DNA from: Chrysomallon squamiferum
Taxonomy: Eukaryota; Animalia; Mollusca
Reading direction: 5' to 3'
Assembly (NCBI GenBank): GCA_012295275.1
Contig: CM022672.1
Coordinates: 26,040,001 to 26,104,000 of the forward strand
Length of the DNA stretch: 64,000 nt
The first letter of the stretch is position 1. Each line of letters starts with the position of its first letter. A program made the translations under genes and the position numbers. The notes beneath the pieces were generated by a model that had not been told where the DNA came from, searched no databases, and saw only the letters and a program-made list of their open reading frames with translations. Shown piece after piece: positions 56,679 to 64,000 of the stretch.

Positions 56679-59256
56679 CTAAGGACGGAAGGAGCCGAAT
56701 TCGGAACTGCAAGTTACCGTAGCAACGCTCAGTACGGGTCCTGTTGGTCCTAGTGATATGATTGGTCATACTAATATCTCGCTACTAATGACGTAAGTTC
56801 TATTATTTAAGTGTTTATATCATAGCTTAATAACTAGTAACAAAATTCTATATTTATATTTAGATCATTTTAACTAATTTACTAATTCACTATAATTTAA
56901 AATAGGGAAGGAGAGAAAAAAAAAAAACTGTTTAAATGAGTCTTTACCTTGGAAAGGATTGTCTTGACAAGTTTAAAACTGTAACATACAAAAGCGTCAC
57001 CAAACGGAAACAGCAGTTGAACTATATTTGAACACTTTTTATTAGCCTCTTCGTGTTCTTTTCCTTTTACAGCACATGTAAGACGACCCTTAAAAAAAAA
57101 AAGATGTTATGTTATAATTTCAGTGATAAACACAACACTGAATTATCAAATAACTGTCAGTATTAAATAATATTTTCTAAAAACAGATGTTGCAATGCGG
57201 ATGGAATGATTCTGAAACCTTCAAAGCCTGCAATGGCTATTGATAGTCAAATAATTGAGGTAAGTTTTCCAACATCGTCTTTGACGTTTATGCAAAATAT
57301 TTTAGACATATCTTACATTAACCATTGTGTCTGCCTTTAAAAATTATAACAGCAGTGCGGTTTTAGAAAATTAAAATTAACTGGAATATTTTTAGTGCTT
57401 CTTTAAGACTGATTAAACAAATATTATCTGAATATTTTTTATTTAATTAATATACCGTATATACTTGTGTACAAGGCGACCTTATGTATAAGTCGATGTG
57501 TATTTTAAGACCAAAAATTGCGTCATTTTAGGTATTACTTGTATATAAGTCGACTGTAGATTCCAGGCACCGTCACTATTTTTAGACCAGTGTGACAGTG
57601 CCATGAAGGCCTACATTGTACGCCTACTGTAATATACCTTGCACGAGCTGTAACTTGCACGAACGTACCATAATAACGTAAATGCATGTATTACACGAGC
57701 TATAGCCTATATGTATCATAAATAGTATCTCTTTAATGTAATAGGTCTAACATGGAGACCTAACTTACCGTTATATTTAGTCGATTTGACGGTAGTGGAT
57801 ATTAATGACGATTGCAATATTATTTCACCAAATTCTTTACAATTACACAAGTGAGTTTTGTTTATGAAATTAGGACCGATATTTAGTGCAATTTGGCAGA
57901 GAAGTCTGCATTCCTAGATCATTGCAAGACGCCGTAAGGCATAACGCCGTACTGACGTTTTTCTCGCTTTAAAATGTATTTTTATGTCATTAAACGGAAG
58001 AATAACATGTTTTACATTCATATTTGGTTTATTTATTTAATTTTCCAAAAATTTTTATACGATAAAATTATATTTGTGAAAAGCTGAAAGACCGCGATTA
58101 TTTTAGATGCATCCAGTAGCAAAAAATAGTCAAAATGGCGACTCTTCAGCAACAGCTACAAAAGCATTACCTATGTATAAGTCGACCCCCAAAATATTAC
58201 CTTAATATAGTCTCCCAAAAATTCGACTTATACACAAGTATATACGGTACATGCATTATTGTTGCTTTTAAGTCTGCCTTCAAGGACGGTTCAGGACCTA
58301 AAGGAGAAGTGTACACAACTTACAGCAGGATAGGAAACTACGTGTTTGGTATTATTCTTGGTGTCGCGCTAGCAGACGATTACAATCTCACTCCTCTAAA
58401 AGCTGGCTTCAGTTTCGTAAGATATATTTGTTTTTAAATAACTTTTTTTTTTTTTTTTAACTTTTGTTCACTTTATTAAATAATAAAAATGTTTGTTTGT
58501 CGGTTGTTTTTTTTTTTTTTTTTTTTCTTATTTAATTAGTAAATCACTTTCACAGCTTTCTTTTGAAATATTCATAAAAGATACAACATCATGATTAGAC
58601 AAAAGAACAAAGAATTGAAATTGAAACAAATATACTAGTGACTCGAAAATATGCATAGTAAATTTCTCCTAGTAATATATTTATTTTCATAATATTGTAT
58701 TATTCACAATTTTTATTCAAACTTTTGGTTTTAGTTCCAACCAGATGTAGTTTTTGAAAGATCCAGAAGCCACGGAACACAACTAATGAAGTTTGGTGAT
58801 GATTTTCCTCTCAAGTTGACCTCGTCCTGTGCTAGAGATAACATCTGTCTTTACTACACCAGTCCACCTTTAATACTGAGGTATAACTTTAATAGCGTGG
58901 CAGTAAATTATCTTATCTTTTCAACTTGTTACTTTTTTTTTCTGATTACACAAAAATACATTATTATTATTTTATCTCTTTTTTTTTTCTCTTTTTTTCA
59001 CACATTTCTTTACAGTTCGAGTGGAAGTAAAATATACATTTACGGAGAGGAAAATAAAGTGGTTCCAGTTTCACCACAAAGAGTAACATCTATATCTGTA
59101 GGAAGTGACGTGCAGGTGACAGTGAAGGGAGCCATCAACGAGGACGTCACTTTTGCCTTCATACAAAACAACAACTACTTCCCAGTGTCATGTAACCTTG
59201 GTGATTCGGGAACCGCCATTATTAGTTTTCCTAAACAAACTTGTCATAATATGTGA
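50876..59256 (+). pseudogene. GH-D-like gene copy 4, disrupted (premature stop plus frameshift)
   Basis: All 18 exons are present (50876-50927, 51504-51666, 51946-52090, 52362-52516, 52857-53094, 53460-53565, 53904-54000, 54356-54451, 54777-54826, 55159-55243, 55515-55574, 55839-56015, 56277-56415, 56684-56792, 57187-57259, 58273-58416, 58735-58880, 59016-59256). In-frame TAA at 53080-53082 where the other copies have GAT. Exon 9 is 50 nt instead of 51 (tggcccgttcagca vs tggccagcttcagca). Confidence 0.8.
57455..58247. mobile_element. TcMar (Tc2/pogo-like) MITE in intron 15 of copy 4
   Basis: 25-bp TIRs CCGTATATACTTGTGTA(C/T)AAG(G/T)CGA with 2 mismatches and TA on both sides. The homologous empty site is visible in copy 3 (aattaatatgcatgtattattgttg, ~45048-45072). 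Confidence 0.88.
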
Positions 59257-59721
59257 TATGAGAGTCTTTACAATACATACTAGTACATGAAGCTGATCAG
59301 TACGAAATAAACGTCTACTATATTTAAATAAAAACGTATTTAGCATCTTCAATTCGAAGTAATATTTACTGTAAAATGTAAGATTTAAATGTGTCTACTT
59401 TAGAATTATAACAATTAATGAAGAATAAAAAAAATATGATATCAAAGCTATGTTTTCGTTTATGGTTTTATTATTTTTATTATATTGTTTGAGGATTGTT
59501 CTTCGTTTTTTTTTTTTTTTTGTGTGTGTGTTTTTTGGGGGGCGTTGTTTTGTTCTTTTACTTTTTATTCATTTATTTAGCCTTGCTGACTGTTTTAGTA
59601 TTTAATGTTAGATAAAAATAAACACTTAATAAAGGAAAAACGAAATAATAATTTATAATTTACTGTCGAAACAAACCAATCGTCAAAACAAACTTATTAT
59701 TAATTCGTATTATTATTTGTT

Positions 59722-60026
59722 TTAGAGTTTTTGAATATTCGACCTCCATTTTGTTGATTTTGCTCTGATTGCGTGCACGCTCCACTGGTGACGAGCCAGT
59801 GCGTCCGACCGCGTGTAACTCTGCTGACATCCAGTCATGTTACACACGTGTACTTTCTTCTCAGTGGTCTTCAGATGTGTTTTCTCGTGCTGAAACCAGT
59901 AATAATAATAGTAGTAGTAGTAGTAGTAATAATAATAATAATAGTAATAATAACAATGATAATAATAATAATAATAATGGTGTAATACTAAATTACTAAC
60001 TTAAAGCAGACTTACAACACCGTGGG

Positions 60027-60099
<73 letters not shown>

Positions 60100-61452
60100 T
60101 CAAATAACTAATTTTATTTGAAGAAAAAAAAGAAGATATTTATCTAAGAAAAAAAAAAGAAAAAAAAATCGTTCCTGTTTAATACTATCTTGCAAATCTC
60201 TTATCTAAAAATTCCTCCTGTGTATAGTCAGGAACGATTATAATCACTGTGTTATGTGGTAAAGTGAATATTACATAAAAATTACCTTACTGAGATGATC
60301 TTTTCTACCAAAAGACTTGGCACACACGACACACTGGTGTGGTTTGAGTCCAATGTGTATTCTTTTGTGTCTTGTGAGTTCCTCGTTTCTGGCGAAAGAT
60401 CTTTTACATTGTTCGAAATCACACACGAACGGTTTCTCGCCTGCAATGATTACATTGTTTTAAATCTGAGCAAAAGTTTATGGTTATTATTCATGCATAT
60501 ACAGATGAAAATAAGCATACTAAGTCAGACACTCACACACATACACACATAACAGCAGTAGCAGACGAAACAGTTCCAATATAAACTGTAATACATATAT
60601 TATTACTATCTTATCTATCACAAAGTTAAAATGATTACCTGTATGGATTCTCATATGACCTTTCAACTGTCCATTGTTAGCGCAACAAAAATTGCAATGT
60701 GGACATTTATATTTTCTTTTCTTTTTCTCTTCATTTGTCCTAGGATTCACAGACAGCGTCACTGGGACTTCACTTTTAAATAATTTTAAATAAGAGTTAC
60801 ATAAATGTCCCAGACTTCCTTGAACATAGCGATCAGTAGGCAACTCAGAGTTTGCGGAAAAAGTCATCGTATTATCGCTGTTTTCGGAAATATTTCCATT
60901 ATTATCTGAACATCCAAACTGCGTTTCAAGAAAAAATCGCATATTCGCACTGTCAGTACTTGAATTTAGTAGTACATTGCTTTCGTCTGGGTGACCAAAA
61001 CTCAGATTCGCTTCATTACTGACCCGATTCATTAATCCTGTCATGTGATGCGTATCTGCTGGATGTTTATTAGCAGCAGGTATCATTCTTCGAAATTCAC
61101 CAGAATCTCCTTCATTCTGTATGGGCATCCTTTCAGCTAAACTGTTACCTTCAGCTCCATCAAATGGTGGGCACTGATACAACAGCACGGGAGTGAACAT
61201 TTTGGGATATAACGACGGCGTGTTGAAGCGCAAATAGTCGAAAACTCGAAAATCTGTCTTTGGTAACTGACACGGTGATGGTCTGGGATTCCATAACGAA
61301 GATGAACTATCGTCCACACACCATGTACACCTGCACGTGAAGTCTACAAGAGCTGACGACGTTACACCTTTCATCTGAGAGAAGCTGAACATATCCGAAG
61401 ATAAAGAACCCTGCCTGAATATTTCGCTGACGAGTTGATTTCTTTGGTACAT
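59722..61452 (-). CDS. hkb: Huckebein orthologue, C2H2 zinc-finger transcription factor (378 aa, 3 exons, 4 fingers)
   Basis: Exons 61452-60639, 60440-60286 and 59889-59722 sum to 1137 nt in frame. Fingers YKCPHCNFCCANNGQLKGHMRIH, FVCDFEQCKRSFARNEELTRHKRIH, HQCVVCAKSFGRKDHLSKHEKTH, HVCNMTGCQQSYTRSDALARHQWSVH. The NNGQLKGH / RNEELTRH / GRxDHL helices are those I recall for Drosophila Huckebein. Confidence 0.88.
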
Positions 61453-64000
61453 TTTATTTCTATTTTTATTTATTTTTATTGTTTAAAAAGGATAGTATAA
61501 ATTAGTATATCCCTTAATATATCGTTCTCAAGCCTCCAGATTAACAGCACGCCCACTTTAATAAAATCTCGTTATCCCAAATAAAGACTCATTCCTTGCA
61601 TATATGATAGCGATTTACAAAGTCCATGTAAACAATTACGCCCCCTGTCCTTCGATCTTAGAATAATCAAACAATCCTAAAGTCAACACGATATAAATAA
61701 TACTATAACTATCATGAACGCTAATTTTACTTAATGATAAAAAGCAAAAGCAAACAGTTTAATAATAAAGAACAATGGAAAATTATCGAGCAGTGTTTAC
61801 AGTCAGATTAACTGTAGGCGTGATTAGATTATCTCGGGAGATTAATGTGGACTAACATCATTTTCTCATCACTGCAGTATGCTGCTACCGGACAAACAGG
61901 CTCCAGCATGCCTAGCGTGGACACAATTGTTGAAATGATCAGATAACTGTATCTCTACACAGTCTACAGGTCTCACTGTAGACTAGAATATTAGTTATAC
62001 TGTTCCTTAAACTGTGATTTTTAAATACCACTAACTGCGTACTGAATACAATTATATCACCTTTCACTGCTTTGTCTTACATAATGTTCATATATTATAT
62101 TTATTATTAGCTTACACGTTATGAATATTTATTTTAAATTATTATCCGATTAATGAAATACCTTGCTAACAACAAGTTAAATCTTTCTATACAAAGATAT
62201 GAAGATTTCCAAATATTTATAATTCTGAATTTAATCTTTATATATATAATTATCAGTTATTTATATAATAAACAGTATATGTGTTACTGAATTTATTTAT
62301 AAAATGACCGACTTGTAATCTGAAATTTTAAGCGCAATATATAATTATTTAACAGTATAAAGGTTTACAGCATATTTTTAGGGTTTTTTTTTTTTTTTTT
62401 TTTTTTGTTCTGATTTCATTATTTTTAAAAATATATTCAAAAGTTTTGTCCTATATTATTTCTTTCTTTAAGTTAGACGAAATATTGTATACTCCGAGGG
62501 TTGAATATATATTTATTCTCCAATTAGTTGATTTATTTGTTGTTGATATTTTATTTTGGATAAGTGATTAAGATTCATTGAGTGAAACAAAGCGATAGAA
62601 ATATTCTTTTACATAAATCAAACATTTGGTCTCAATAGCGAGATCACTTCCCTCTGTTTAAAAAAAGTGGAGTTCTCTCAACTTAAATGCATTATTCGAT
62701 ATTTTAAATTTAAAAAAAAAAATGTATTTAATTTTAGATCAGAACTTCAATTTCTATGAACGTTAATGTAAGAACAGCTGTGGTTCAGTGGTTAAAGATT
62801 GCCATTCAAAGGAGTCATAATGTTTACCTATTTTTCATTCAAATCGGAGACTTACGACTGCTTAATTAACGATTATGGAAAGAATTATTTTTTAATAAAT
62901 AATTTATATATTATACATACCTACCTACAAATACACTTAATGTTTCTCATTATTTTATAAAACTTTTATCACGTTTGAATAATGCACTGTTAAAATACAC
63001 TTCTTTCATATAATAGTCAGTAAAGAGGGATGCAACTCTTGGTGAACTAAATGAGACATTTCAAGATACACCCTGTTCTACATAACTGGTGCAGTAAAAG
63101 TCATGGTATATATTATCACATTGAGAAAAACATCATTTAACGGACCGCCTGGACTAGTTAAAATATTATTTTACAGCAATATTTATAATTCAGTTCACAC
63201 ATTTCAAACCGAAATTCAGGAATTTAACACAACATAAAAACAGCAAAAATACATATCCACAATATAATGATATACTCTTGAAATTCAACTTAATATACAT
63301 GTAACTATAAAACATTTCAGATTTTACTTAAATAAACGGATTGTAGTCTACAATATTGCAAACTAATTTTAACAAGTCAAAGAATTATAAATTTTAAATT
63401 TATTCCCGATTATGTAAAAAATTTAAAAAGAAACACAATTTCAAAGTTGATCACAATAGTTTATTTGCTATCAAAGCTGGTGAAGATAATTTATGTACAA
63501 ATCACTTGAATACATGATTTCTTAATAATTTCTAGTTGTTTTATCTGCAAAAATGTTTTATCAAAACAAAATCTGAAGTCTAAAGTTTCTAAGACACATG
63601 TCATCACGCTTTAGGTTCCTTTTTTTTCATCATTTTACGCAAGAAAATTACTGTGAAAATGGTTCCATATGTTGCCAGTACCCACTGAAAAGAGACAAAA
63701 TATTTATTACAAACAATAAAAATACTGTGTGAGAGAATATTTAATTTTATTCATCATAATTTTGTTCACCAAAAAAAAAGAAGAATGACCACTAACAAAA
63801 TGAATACAGAGAATGAAAATATATAAACAAATAATGAAAAATGTCACCCAAGAAGAATTATTACTGTACAAAATTATATATGAAGCAAATTATGAGTTAT
63901 AATGCCTAGTTTCAGTTCCAAACCTATTAAAGTTGTAATAAAAATAATTATATTTAATAACTTTAAATTTTTACAACATATATATTACAAAAAAGTGAAA

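Noticed and set aside
61500-64000. Genes or RNA genes upstream of hkb (including tRNA-like gtggttcagtggttaa at ~62779)
   Set aside because: Only an A-box-like fragment without a cloverleaf or B-box, and no ORF or exon evidence; probably regulatory or intergenic DNA.

Overview
Very AT-rich, microsatellite-laden, intron-containing animal DNA. Gene content and compact introns suggest a lophotrochozoan, probably a mollusc (inference). There are three gene systems. (1) A whirlin orthologue on the - strand (HHD1-PDZ1-PDZ2-HHD2 plus a proline-rich region; ATG at 15209; it runs off the left edge) with a 1-nt frameshift in coding exon 2. (2) A ~41 kb + strand tandem array (~18.3-59.7 kb) of an 18-exon gene for a ~758-aa secreted protein with clan GH-D (GH36/Sip1-like) glycoside-hydrolase motifs. 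Copies 1-3 have intact frames and copy 4 has a stop and a frameshift. Between copies 3 and 4 lie three 'collapsed' 5'-leader/last-exon fusion units and an orphan exon 17-18 pair. The paralogues are homogenised over much of their length but differ in clusters next to the predicted catalytic residues. (3) A 3-exon huckebein orthologue with four C2H2 fingers on the - strand (59722-61452). Introns carry three TcMar-type MITEs and a degenerate FLYWCH-MULE transposase. Most ORFs in the supplied track are microsatellite or antisense artefacts. All exon coordinates were derived by hand; no database searches were run.
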